A DNA stretch of 63,863 bases, filler included, from Globobulimina sp. (taxonomy: Eukaryota), in NCBI GenBank assembly GCA_003354225.1. It is 25 parts of 25 records of this genome, joined end to end, with 100 filler letters (N's around TTAATTAATTAA, not from the genome) between each part and the next. Parts side by side here need not be neighbours in the genome. Positions count along the whole stretch, not along the records: positions 35,830 to 38,287 come from PIVH01006585.1; positions 38,388 to 40,845 come from PIVH01006586.1; positions 40,946 to 43,403 come from PIVH01006587.1; positions 43,504 to 45,961 come from PIVH01006588.1; positions 46,062 to 48,519 come from PIVH01006589.1; 20 more parts are not named here. One strand, written 5' to 3'. Made by a program: the position numbers and the translations under genes. Of this stretch, positions 36,147 to 47,144 are shown one piece after another. Positions within the stretch are counted from its first letter, which is position 1. Each line of letters opens with the position of its first letter. The notes beneath the pieces are model-generated. The model saw only the letters and a list, made by a program, of their open reading frames with translations, had not been told where the DNA came from and ran no database searches.

Positions 36147-37822
36147 TTATTCTTCATTTATTTTCTGTAACGGAGTTCCTTTGGTATTGTTTTGACTTTT
36201 TTTAAATTTCTCATTTCTAACTTTTCTTTTCTTTTCCAACATTTGCATATATTTTAAAATATTCATCATGTCACTGTCACTCGTTTGATTTAAAAAACTT
36301 GCATTAATCAATCGCATTAATAACAATCTGTGATGCAAAGTATCTTCGTTTGTGCAACTTTCCTCCTTTCTTAAATGCACAAAATCGTCTTCTATCGCTG
36401 CACAAACCTCTTTTGAATGCAATGTAAATTTATCCATTAAATGGCTCGCCACACTTAAAAATATTCGATATTCATCCAATGAAAATTCCTCTTCTTTCTT
36501 AGAATGAGTTGAATCGTCTTCTTCTTTTTTATAATCATCCGCATAAATATGACAATAACATTGTATCTGTGGCAATGGTTTGCTTTTTGATAATATTAAA
36601 ACCGACGAATTTACACTAAATGGAATGGAATGAAATACAAAATCATACAAAACCTTCTGTTCTGTTACTAATATTTTCAAAGATTCTAAATTTGAAATAC
36701 CGATTTTATTTAATTTGCCCTCAGTTAACAATGCATCGTCGATGATAATATTTGTATTCTCTCGAAATTGCAATACACCAATTTCTAACTCATCCGTTTC
36801 ATTATTTTTTTGCGGCGAAAAGACTTTTTCGTTTAAATATTTTATGCTTAAATTAATATTTAATAAAAATGGACATAATTTCGCATATAATTCACGGATT
36901 TTATAATTATTAAATTCTCCGCGGATATTTAATGGAAAATAGCCGAATAAAATACCATTTTTATTTGACACTGTTTTGGAGATTAGATTTAATAAAATAT
37001 ACTCTGCCAATAAATGATCACAATTGCAATAATTGCGCGAAATGTATTTAATTAATGAAGCTCGAATGACTGAGGAATGCGAATAATAAAAACTAAATAA
37101 TTTATCTAAATCATTTAAATTGTTTGAAATTAATGGGTTGGCCCACGATATTTTTTTGTAATATAAAACATGAATTGTTGATAATTTATCATATTCATTC
37201 AACGCATCGAGAGGAACATTCTGTGGATCACAAAAAAAAAACAATAATTTATTTTAACATGCATAGATTTTTGATTTTTAACTTGTTGATTATAGTTTTC
37301 TTTTTCATTTTTTTCTTCTTTTTCTGGTGCTTTTTCTGCTTTTTGTGCTTGTTTTGGAGACCATATTCCATAAATTTCGACGGAGTCACATATTTTAAGC
37401 ATTTTTGTATGAGAATAAAATTTAGCAATAACGCTTTGTGTTGCTTTGTTTGATGCATTTTTATTTCCGATCATTTCGGATTTACTCCATTCGGTTTGAT
37501 TTGGTGCACTGCGAATAATCATTGGTGCTCTTTGCATCATATTATCTTTAATTTGCTTGTAATCAGAAACAGAATGGAATTCAGATTGTTTGATATCATC
37601 TAATTCACGAAATTGGTATGTTTTATTAAAATATTCATTGTTGAGTTGGTTCGATATCAGTCCACGAAATCTAATTAATTCTTGTTTATTTACGTCATCT
37701 TTGTTTAAAAGAGGTATTTTGTCTTTTCCTATCTTTTGAATTTCAGCAGAATAATAATCAAACCAATGTTCCGCTGTTTTATCACTATTTTGATCAATGT
37801 TCTTTAATGGGAATTGTTCCAT
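36147..37822 (-). CDS. MCMBP: Mini-chromosome maintenance complex-binding protein, intron about 37221-37282
   Basis: LIRFRGLI, PNQTEW, VEIYGI, DHLLAEYILLNLIS, PQKNNETDELEIGVLQ, LTEGKLNKIGISNL, YDFVF, IEDDFV.LR. Confidence 0.88.
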
Positions 37823-37983
37823 TATGCAAAATTGGAGAAAAGTTAAAAAAAACTATTTAGACAAATGGTTTTAATGAGGTTAAGCACGTTCTTAGTGATT
37901 TTGATGGCAGTTAAACAAAACAAAGAGTAAGGTTTGGTTTTAAAATGCAAGTCTTCATATGATTATATAGACAAAAAAGTAAA

Positions 37984-38287
37984 TTATTTATGTTCAATTA
38001 AAGGAATTGTTGCTTGATCTTCTTGTCGTGCATAACGTTTATAATAGAAACATTTATACCCAATAAACCCGATGACAATAAGGACAATGATAGCAACAAT
38101 AGCAATGATGATATAATTTTGATTTTCATGCCACCAGCTCGTTGTATGTCTATTATCATTGATAATATATTGCACACATTTCTCGCCCAACATATATGTT
38201 AAGGATTGAGTTCCACTGTTTGTGCTCTCGGGCCATAGCGATAAATCAACAACACGCAAATTATGTACTCCTCTGACTGAGCATTTC
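37984..38287 (-). CDS. C-terminus of a single-pass membrane protein
   Basis: Open frame with a strong TM helix (IIIAIVAIIVLIVIGFIG) and a short basic tail. Confidence 0.6.
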
Positions 38288-38778
38288 NNNNNNNNNNNNN
38301 NNNNNNNNNNNNNNNNNNNNNNNNNNNNNNNTTAATTAATTAANNNNNNNNNNNNNNNNNNNNNNNNNNNNNNNNNNNNNNNNNNNNGAGGTCGGATATA
38401 TAGTTTGCTGTTAACGTCTCGGTCTAAACAATGACCTTTGAGAACACTAAAATTTGAAGTTTTGTAAATTAATTAATAAAAACATAAGTTCACACTAAGA
38501 AATAAGTAAAACTCGAAAATAGAAATAAGAAACAAAAAAAATAAAACAAACGTTGTTTTATTGCTTGTAAAACAGACGTTGTTTCATTTTGGATATGACA
38601 GTTTACACGACTTTGGGGGATTGTATCCATTTTGGGATTGAGCGAGTTTTTGTAGCAATTGTATTATTTGTTGTGTAATTTGCTGTTTTTGATATTTTGA
38701 ATCAAGAATCAAAGTTTTCGAAATCAAAAATCTAACTTATATTACAAAAGGCACCCGGCCATGGCGGCTTATTAGTGA

Positions 38779-40029
38779 ATGATGTCAACACCTTCTTTAA
38801 ACAAATTAAATAATCCATATCTTGACAGTGATTTATTGCACTCTTTCGAAGGTAACCAAATAAAAATGCAAAAGACTCAATCAATGGATGACCCAACAAC
38901 GGAATCAAATGACGACAGCAAACAAAATACGAAAAGTGAATCCAATGATTTTCTGCAAAGTATTTTAAATTTAGACTCAATCGAAATGAAATCTGACGAA
39001 CATAAACCAATACAAATCAATGTTGGCGGAATAAAATACGAATCCACAAAAGCAACACTATGCAAATATGCGACGTCAACACTATCAAAGCTAATCGCAA
39101 AGAATATATATTTTATAGATCGCGATGGTTCCATATTTAAATATATTTTGAATTATTTACGCAATAATACATTAATATTGCCCCAATCCGATGATATTCA
39201 TAACAATAACACATATTTGATAAATGAGCTATTATTTGAAGCCAAATATTACGCCATACAGCCATTGATCGACGAATTGATTATGATGAAAATAAGCAGT
39301 ACCATTTTGGCCACGTGTTCGAATAATTCAATTCAAAAGAAACATATTCATAATATTCGCCATCGTATCAACTCTGAGTACCCCAAATTGACCAAAAAAT
39401 TCCCCAATGGCTTGGTACATGAATGGAAACTATTATTTAAATATGATTGTTGTGAGTATAATTTGTCGCTCCCACCGTCCAAAGTATTGCAGAATAAATG
39501 TGGCGGTTTGCGTTCTGTGCTGATAATTTTTGTGGTTATGAATCAGATCTTTGCTGTTTATTTCTATGAGCCATGGAATGATAAGGGTATCTTTTGTATC
39601 TTTTGCATTGTGTTTTGCATTTTTAATTGTCAACATATGCATTAATTGTTTTTTTAATTAATGCACTTAATTATAAAATATATTGTGACAGCTTATCGAC
39701 AAAAGAATTTTCTTTATTGGATTGGACAATATTTGAATGACGGTTTGCATAATAATAAGTTCGATAATTTTAGTGGAAAAAAGTTTCAATGCAACTATTC
39801 ATTTAAAGGGGAGATTATTGCACAGTATACACCCTCGAAAAGTAGCAAAGATAGCAATACATTGAATAAAGATTATCAAATTGCGTTTTCATTTGATAGT
39901 TCTAAGCAAAATAATTTCATATTAACAAATTTAAAAGGACTTCCAATCAAAGAATTAGCAATGCAAAAAGATCATGTCCCTGTGTCTATGTGTGAGGTTT
40001 ATCATATTTCTTTGAGTTCAAAATCATAA
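38779..40029 (+). CDS. KCTD-type BTB/POZ protein with a TLDc-like C-terminus, one intron near 39587-39692
   Basis: IQINVGG..YEST..TL, YFIDRDGSIFKYILNYLR, EAKYY.I, later WKLLF and a terminal EVY.I. Confidence 0.85.
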
Positions 40030-40050
40030 ATTTACAAACTTGACAAAACA

Positions 40051-40535
40051 ATGTCTTCGAAAGCTCAATTGCAAAATGATGTTGTTTTTACTATTACAAA
40101 AACGTGGTTACGTAAAGCAGCAACGTCATCAATCACAATTCCATTGTTATTGGGACAGTTTGGTATATTTATTTGTGGTCCAATTGCATTGTTCTTTATT
40201 GCAAGTGGCTTAGCACGAAATCCAAGTGGATCGTCTCACGTTTCAATAAAAGAAAAGATATATATATTACAGCGTATTACATCATATCTTGCACTGTGAT
40301 TGGTATTTCATCATATTATTCATTGAATGCATTGTATTGGAAAAACAATAATGTTTTAGCTATATTATATTCATCGATTCCATATTATTTAATGTTACCT
40401 GGTTGGATTTTGAGTGATTATAGTTCTTATGGTTTAAAGCTTGGTTACCATGTAAAATCTGTTCAAATTTCAAGATTTGTTGGGGTTCTATTGATACCGT
40501 TCATATTTTATTGCATTTTTCAATACTCCAAATAA
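40051..40535 (+). CDS. Small multipass membrane protein split across two frames (intron or AT-repeat frameshift near 40258-40272)
   Basis: Two overlapping hydrophobic ORFs that join into a protein of about four TM helices. Confidence 0.5.
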
Positions 40536-40945
40536 TTAATTTCCAGACAGTTTTTCCAATCGGCTTCTTGATTAAACACATAACCACAGAAACACTTTGC
40601 AACAACAATAAAACATTTGGTGGTTGTTAGTATATTATAATGATCTTATAATCTCATTTGTGTGCACTGACGAATATCAAAATGCCACATACAGACACTA
40701 GTCTCCTCATGCACCAGACTGTAGACATTTGTACAAAGTTTTGTGGTTCAATAGAAACGGAGATTCAACCATTAGAAACGTTCCCCGGCGTTGAAAAAGT
40801 TGTCCCAATTCTTAAGCCATTTAAATTTTGAAAAGCGTCTTCATTNNNNNNNNNNNNNNNNNNNNNNNNNNNNNNNNNNNNNNNNNNNNTTAATTAATTA
40901 ANNNNNNNNNNNNNNNNNNNNNNNNNNNNNNNNNNNNNNNNNNNN

Positions 40946-43403
40946 AAACGTCTACAAAACAGCTTCAGAATCGCAATGGAATGTGGGCCAATTAGAGAAC
41001 TTAACGAGTGAGATGGGGCAGGAAATACAACGTTTGAATGTCTTGTCGCAATGTGGCTATGTACTAAGTGACGAGGAACAAAATGAGACTGCAGACGAGG
41101 CGCAAGATGTGATACATTATAACGGCAATCAATATAACCAATACAACCCTGTCAGCGACCTCAAATCCAACAATAAATTACAACCAAACCACTTCAACAA
41201 CACAAACCAGCCCAAAAGTATACAGTCCACCGGGAAACGCAACAGTTTGATTTCCGTCAATTCTGCCTCTGATTTCCACCAAAGATACATGGATATCCAT
41301 AAACAAACCTTGTTCTCCGCCGCCAAGATCATCGAAAATGTGATGAATGAGTCCTGCGACGATGGCGGAATGATCGACGAATATCGTAAGAAGTTGGATG
41401 ACGTCATGCATATGATAGTGCAAACCGTGCGGGTTTGGGATTATATCGATGCGGATCACGACAATATAAATAGCAACAATGTGGGCCGCTTAACGCAAAA
41501 CAACATCATGAACCATAATAACACTAAAGGCGGCCGCGAAGACGCCGCGCTATTAACACCGGACGAGGCTATCTATGAAACTGCGCGCACTCTCGGTGGG
41601 ATGAGCATGGTTTCGCAGACGTCCTCGGCGGCCATGGCGCAGCGCAAAAACTTCCTATACAAAGCCAGCAATAACCCCAATGTACGCAAAGGCGATCGCA
41701 TTGTGGCCAGGCATTTGGCGCAGACCTATCTGACGACGCGCAGCGATACGCCGAAGAGTGTATTATCTGCGTCGCAATTGCCGTTTTTCAGCGACGAGGA
41801 TGAAGAGAGTGTGATGGAGGAAGAGCACGAAGTGCGACATAAGAATAAAAATAAAAAAGCACGTAAGGAGGTGTATGGTACTACGGAGATACGCTGTGAG
41901 CAACGCGTGAAACGGTGGCGACAACAGCACAAATTGCAGGAACATTTGAGTAAGATAAATGAGTGGGATTTTGATGTGTTTTATGTGGTGGAGAATGCGG
42001 GCAATTATGCCATGCCTGCCATTGCATTGACGTTGTTGGAATCTCGTGGCTTGATTGAGGAGTTTGGCTTAAATACCACGCATTTATGTAACTACTTTCA
42101 TCAAATATCGTTGGAGTATAAAAATAACCCATACCACACTAACATCCATGGCTGCGACGTGCTGGTGAGTTGTAACTATTTCCTCAACGCCAAATTGATG
42201 CGCAATATCCGTGGCATCGACCAGTTTGCGTGTTTAGTGGCTGGGGCTACGCACGATGTTGGCCATCCAGGTAACAACAACGCGTTTGAGATCGCGAAAG
42301 AGTCGGATTTAGCCGTGACTTATAACGATATCTCCGTCTTGGAATCGTACCACATTGCCTTAGCATGGCAAATATTGAAACGGCCCGGCTGTAATATACT
42401 GACTCCATTGGACAAGAGCCAGCGCAAAGACTTTCGCAAATTATTCATAGATTCCATCTTAAACACCGACATGTCGCGGCATGCGGAACAGCAGAAATTA
42501 TTGGCCGATTTGATTGATTGTGTGACGAATTCTGGCGTGGATTTGGACCATTTGGACCATAATAATGACTTTGTCACTGGCGACGAAGACAACAAATCCA
42601 TGGTTTCCATCTCCAATATACCGCCAAACTCCATCTATGCGGATGCGGCCAAGTTCGCCAAAGTGGTGATACCGTTAATGGTGCACACGGCGGATTTGTC
42701 GAACCCGGCAAAGGAGATTAAATTATACGGCGAATGGGCGAAGCGAGTGGTTTCTGAGTTTTTCACGCAGGCCGAGAATGAGAAGAAGTTGAGTTTGCCG
42801 GTCAGTGCGTTTATGGACAGCGCGCAGACGGATTTGCCAACGATTCAGTGTGGATTTGTGAACCATGTCATTCGGCCATGGTTCGATTTGTGGGGCCGGC
42901 TGTTGAGGGACAAGAAGCAGGGCCCGACGTTCCAGTTCAATGTGAACGAGAATTTGAAGTTTATGCAGAATGAGTTGGATAAGTTGAAAAAAAAGAAAAA
43001 GGAGAAGAAGAAGGCGGAGTTGGATGGCTTTAACAAAGTGAAACAAAGACATCAAGGGAGTGGCGGCGATGAGGACGAAGGGACGCTGTCTGTGATGGAT
43101 ATGACATTTGAGGATATAAACAAGGTGGAAATGAGGGATAGGATGCAGCGGATGGAACAGTTGAAGACGAAACAGAAGGAATATTATATCAATGAACAAC
43201 AACATCATCAGAATCAGCAGCAGCAACGGATGCCGGTACAGGTGCAACATGTGCAGGATAATGGAGTGGATGACTATGAGTATGATGAGGATGGCCAACA
43301 GCAACAGCAACAGCAACAGCAACAACAGCAGCACCCGGTGCAGGTGTTGCCGCCGAGGAAAAAGAAGATGCTGTACAGTGGGTATGATAATAGCAATTAT
43401 AGT
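40946..43403 (+). CDS. Class I 3',5'-cyclic nucleotide phosphodiesterase with a polyQ tail (partial)
   Basis: WDFDVF, NPYHTNIHGCDV, HDVGHPGNNN, YNDISVLESYH, ILNTDMSRH, HTADLSNPAK, EFFTQAENEK, QCGFV. Confidence 0.95.
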
Positions 43404-43503
43404 NNNNNNNNNNNNNNNNNNNNNNNNNNNNNNNNNNNNNNNNNNNNTTAATTAATTAANNNNNNNNNNNNNNNNNNNNNNNNNNNNNNNNNNNNNNNNN
43501 NNN

Positions 43504-43820
43504 AAAGACTCTGTTAGAGGCTCGAACATTTCTTTTATTGACTTATATTCTCTTTTAACTATATTATGCTCTTCAGATTCAATAAATCCTGCATTGTATT
43601 GGCGTGATAATAGGTGATAGATTTCGTTTAATTCACTTTCGCTCAACTTCTCTAACCCATCCCATTGAGGGCTTGCATTCTCCCTATATCTATGATAAGG
43701 CTTAATTAATTTATGGTCAAATAAATCATAGCTTGGAGGAATAGCCCCTATCAGTAATATTAACTCATGTTTAGTTTTCTTATTCAAATTATCGTTGTCG
43801 AGTTCTTCTGTTATATTCAT
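43504..43820 (-). CDS. Phage hypothetical protein (3' truncated)
   Basis: ATG after the A-rich leader TTAATAAACAAACAGAAACC, open to the contig end. Confidence 0.65.
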
Positions 43821-43965
43821 GGTTTCTGTTTGTTTATTAAATCAGCTTTTGTTCCAATGCTAATATACTGCTGAAAAACCAGCCCTAATTGTTAACCAAA
43901 AACAGGACTGGTTTATTGACTATGAATCTTTCACAAGGTAATCAAATTTATTGTGATATCCAAAT

Positions 43966-43989
43966 AAAAAAGCCCCCATTTCTGAGGGC
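43966..43989 (-). terminator. Rho-independent terminator
   Basis: Minus strand GCCCTCA-GAAA-TGGGGGC-TTTTTT: 7-bp stem with one G-U pair, GNRA loop and U-tract. Confidence 0.85.
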
Positions 43990-44141
43990 GTCAATTTCAT
44001 CGTTCGGTACCGGCTCAACTTTTTACCTAATCCTTAACAATCTATTATTAATTAATTTACCATTGAACCGATTTTTGTTTTTGTTTGGTTATCTATCAAT
44101 CATATTCACCTCCTTTATTTTTGGTTTAAATTATATTATCT

Positions 44142-44672
44142 TTAATGAATCATTGACGGTATCATTAGCCCGATCAATCCTTCAAATTCTGAGTCATCTT
44201 GTGGTTTAAAGATTATAGCTTTATTAGCTCCATAGAAGCTAACTTTATACCCGCATGAAATATTAGGCAATGCACTTATTAAGTTTTTAATTATTGGCAA
44301 GCTTACTCCAATTTCAGGTATAGCATATGTAGATTCACTAGGTATTACTGCATATATTTTAGGATATTGGAAATCAGCATCATCCTTCATTAATGGTTTT
44401 ACTCTAGCTATCTCACTAAAATCTTTTTGCTTAACAGATACTAAATGTACACCTTCCATCATTAAATAAAAATCGCCTTTTGCTAATTTAGCCCAGTCAG
44501 TGCCTTTTATATACATTTCTGGAAGTGGTTCGCCTCCATCCATTATTAAGTATTCTTTCGGGATTATTACCAAGCTATGAGCATCGGTGGCTACTGCATT
44601 TTTATCATCAATACATACATATGTCATTGATATTCTTAAATCATCTTTTCCTGTTACGTGTTGTAATTTCAT
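44142..44672 (-). CDS. Truncated DNA polymerase III beta (sliding clamp)-like phage protein
   Basis: KDDLRISMTYV..AVATDAHSL, FQYPKIYAVIP and a terminal GLIGLMIP match the DnaN middle and C-terminal motifs (DE.R..L.GV, VATDGHRL, .YP.Y..VIP, L.MP). Only 176 aa. Confidence 0.65.
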   Translation of the reverse strand: MKLQHVTGKDDLRISMTYVCIDDKNAVATDAHSLVIIPKEYLIMDGGEPLPEMYIKGTDWAKLAKGDFYLMMEGVHLVSVKQKDFSEIARVKPLMKDDADFQYPKIYAVIPSESTYAIPEIGVSLPIIKNLISALPNISCGYKVSFYGANKAIIFKPQDDSEFEGLIGLMIPSMIH

Positions 44673-44682
44673 AGTTTTCTTT

Positions 44683-45000
44683 TTAAAGTTTATCAAATAT
44701 ACTCATAATTCTATTAAGAATCTCTCTAAATTGCTCATGATTTAGTGAGTAATATATTCCAGTAAACATTAATAACATACTACTGGATAATATTATTTTG
44801 GTTGATGATTGAAATATTTTGTATATCAATCTATTTATTTTTATTCCATACCAAATAAATGCGTTACTTATTGATAGCCTCAATTCATTTACTTGGTAGC
44901 AAAATATAATTCTATCCAAATTAACATTAATACTAACTAATGCTGGACATCCAGGATAACCACAATTGCCTTTTATCTTTAATTCTTTTCTTATTTTCAT
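44683..45000 (-). CDS. Phage hypothetical protein
   Basis: Fills the gap in the co-oriented cassette. An alternative 46-codon ORF (45072-44932) overlaps it. Confidence 0.45.
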   Translation of the reverse strand: MKIRKELKIKGNCGYPGCPALVSINVNLDRIIFCYQVNELRLSISNAFIWYGIKINRLIYKIFQSSTKIILSSSMLLMFTGIYYSLNHEQFREILNRIMSIFDKL

Positions 45001-45090
45001 ATCTTAAGTATTTAACCATTTTATAAACCCAAGCACGGGCAAAAATATTAGTGTTAATAGTAGTTTTTTCATGCTGTTTGTTTTATAATT

Positions 45091-45432
45091 TTAATATCCA
45101 CGTACCTCGTAGTGTAATAAATTGTATTTATCCATCTTGATTAGCAATTCCTCTTTTAGCTGGATAGTTTCCCTTAGTGTATTATTTGATTTTTCTAATA
45201 GGAAAACCTTTATACTCAAAGCATCAGCCTTGAATTTAATATCATTTAGACTATCGGATTTAATCTTTATATCATTGTTAAATTTAGCATCATGCCTACT
45301 AATTGAGTCGGATATAGCATTGTCGCATCCAACATTAATTAACCTAACTTGCTCAAAGTAACATATTAGGATTATAACTACCATTACTATAAATGGAATC
45401 ACAAATTCAATTAAAGTAAATACCTTCTTCAT
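45091..45432 (-). CDS. Phage hypothetical membrane-anchored coiled-coil protein
   Basis: N-terminal TM helix followed by heptad-like sequence. It starts 4 nt after the upstream stop. Confidence 0.65.
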   Translation of the reverse strand: MKKVFTLIEFVIPFIVMVVIILICYFEQVRLINVGCDNAISDSISRHDAKFNNDIKIKSDSLNDIKFKADALSIKVFLLEKSNNTLRETIQLKEELLIKMDKYNLLHYEVRGY

Positions 45433-45436
45433 ATCT

Positions 45437-45682
45437 CTATTGTTTTTTGATCCAATTTAAAATTTTACTTTCAGCGAATTCAATACAAGAATCTAGCTTT
45501 TCATTAAAAGTTCCTTGCAATCCAAAAATTAATTTATAAATATGTCCTCTTTTTTCACTTACAAATACTCTCTTATTGGGTTCATCGAATACAAATTCAT
45601 CACTATCTAAAGCATAACTTTCAAACACAGATATATTAAGCCCTTGTTGGTTTATAAATAATTGATTTTGGTGTACTTCCAT
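45437..45682 (-). CDS. Phage hypothetical protein
   Basis: 81-aa ORF with 4-nt spacing to both neighbours. Confidence 0.7.
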   Translation of the reverse strand: MEVHQNQLFINQQGLNISVFESYALDSDEFVFDEPNKRVFVSEKRGHIYKLIFGLQGTFNEKLDSCIEFAESKILNWIKKQ

Positions 45683-45686
45683 ATCT

Positions 45687-45961
45687 CTATTGTTTAATTG
45701 TTAGTTGTTCGCCTGTTAATGCAAAATATAGGTTTTGAAGTAGGTGAACGTATTGAAGTGGAGCTTCGTCTTCAGCTTCATAACAAAAACCTTCAGAATG
45801 TTGCCATAATCTAAACCGACCGCATTCCCATATTTGCTCAAAAACATAATCTCCCTCTTTTTTGAATTCAAACCCAAATTTCAACAACCATTCCTCTGTC
45901 AATGGTATGGGCTTAATGTCTTTAAGATACCACGTTAACCCATGCGTATCATGAATATCTT
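45687..45961 (-). CDS. Conserved Bacteroidota phage hypothetical protein (5' truncated)
   Basis: IKPIPLTEEWLLKFGF...LQYVHLLQNLYFALTGEQL, a motif pair I recognise from Bacteroidota phage and prophage proteins. Confidence 0.8.
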
Positions 45962-46123
45962 NNNNNNNNNNNNNNNNNNNNNNNNNNNNNNNNNNNNNNN
46001 NNNNNTTAATTAATTAANNNNNNNNNNNNNNNNNNNNNNNNNNNNNNNNNNNNNNNNNNNNTATGTATGTTTACTTATCTTTGTATTTATAATTAATATA
46101 ACACAAACTAACAAAAACTACAG

Positions 46124-46927
46124 CAATTATCACACTACGCATCGGAATTCGCAGGTTCATTGATTTGGGTCGCATGCCTTAAATTATGCATAGGTGCAGG
46201 TGCAGCACAATCACGAGCATTATCATCCATTGGTATCGGCGTTACATTGATGATGATTGTGTATAGTTTCGGGTCTATTTCATTGGGAATGTTTAATGAC
46301 TTTAATCCCTCCGTGACCATTGCACAAATCATCCGCAATCCAGCCAATTTCAGACGTTCAGATGCGAGTCAATGGTTCGTGTATTTGCTTGTGCAATTTG
46401 TAGGAGCCATTGTTGGAGGCGTTGTTGCGTCGGTTATTGGTGGACATGAGGTGTGTATGGTGCATACATATGTTGCAGCCAAAGCAGAATGGTATCAAGC
46501 ATTGTTGGCAGAATTTTTTTTTACATCCATATTAGTTTCAGTTAATTTACACTTATCAACTGGTAAAAGAGTGGAAGGGAATCAATTTTATGGAATAGCA
46601 ATTGGAGCATGTTTACTAGTCTCAATGTTGGCAATTGGTGATATTACGGGAAGTGCATTAAATCCGGCGGTTTGGCTTGGTACAGTTCTAAGTGCATTGG
46701 TTTGTGATGCTGATAATGTTCACACTGAAAAGGCATGGATTTATTGGGTGGCACACATTTTGGCTGGGGTTTTTAGCGCAGTGTGGTTTGTGGGTTTCTA
46801 TGGACGTGATGAATGTTTTGGTGATGAGGAAGACCGTGATTCTGTTCCGACTGTTCGTGACACAAGAGATCAATATACTGATCATAGTAGTTTACGTGTT
46901 CGCGAAACAGACAGCGATGACACTTAG
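46124..46927 (+). CDS. Aquaporin/MIP channel (first exon missing)
   Basis: The exon starts after tacAG. SEFAGS, FNPSVT, Y..VQFVGAIVG, AEFFFT, GIAIG, ITGSALNPAV, WIYWVA. Confidence 0.92.
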   Translation, partial: QLSHYASEFAGSLIWVACLKLCIGAGAAQSRALSSIGIGVTLMMIVYSFGSISLGMFNDFNPSVTIAQIIRNPANFRRSDASQWFVYLLVQFVGAIVGGVVASVIGGHEVCMVHTYVAAKAEWYQALLAEFFFTSILVSVNLHLSTGKRVEGNQFYGIAIGACLLVSMLAIGDITGSALNPAVWLGTVLSALVCDADNVHTEKAWIYWVAHILAGVFSAVWFVGFYGRDECFGDEEDRDSVPTVRDTRDQYTDHSSLRVRETDSDDT

Positions 46928-47144
46928 CTTTTTTTTTTGATTTTGTATCTTGTAAATATTATAGTTTGGCAATTGTCTTACATTAAACATATATTCAGAA
47001 TTTCAGATAACAGATTGTCTCTCAATTGTGTTATATTTTTTACATTTTAAATCCATGACAGATTAGACATAAATAGTTTTTACGGTGCGCAAATAAAAAA
47101 AGGCAGTACGCAGTTTTATTTTTACAGTCATCAGTCATAGTCAT

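Larger units (their letters stand above)
43504..45961 (-). mobile_element. Bacteroidota phage/prophage-like cassette of small co-oriented genes (foreign to the eukaryote)
   Basis: Intronless, tightly packed short ORFs with A-rich leaders lacking Shine-Dalgarno sites, an intrinsic terminator, a PIPLTEEWLLKFGF..YVH.LQNLYFALTGE protein and a beta-clamp-like ORF. Confidence 0.8.

Noticed and set aside
37199..37282. Frameshift at the poly-T run in MCMBP
   Set aside because: A phase-0 GT..AG intron (37221-37282) restores the frame.
42723..43334. 203-aa antisense ORF and the many other short antisense/overlapping ORFs in the track
   Set aside because: Shadows of real genes (here the reverse of the polyQ/acidic tail) with no independent motifs.
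43403..46124. Horizontal transfer or prophage integration next to eukaryotic genes (PDE, aquaporin)
   Set aside because: The adjacency is across artificial linkers and there is no physical junction.
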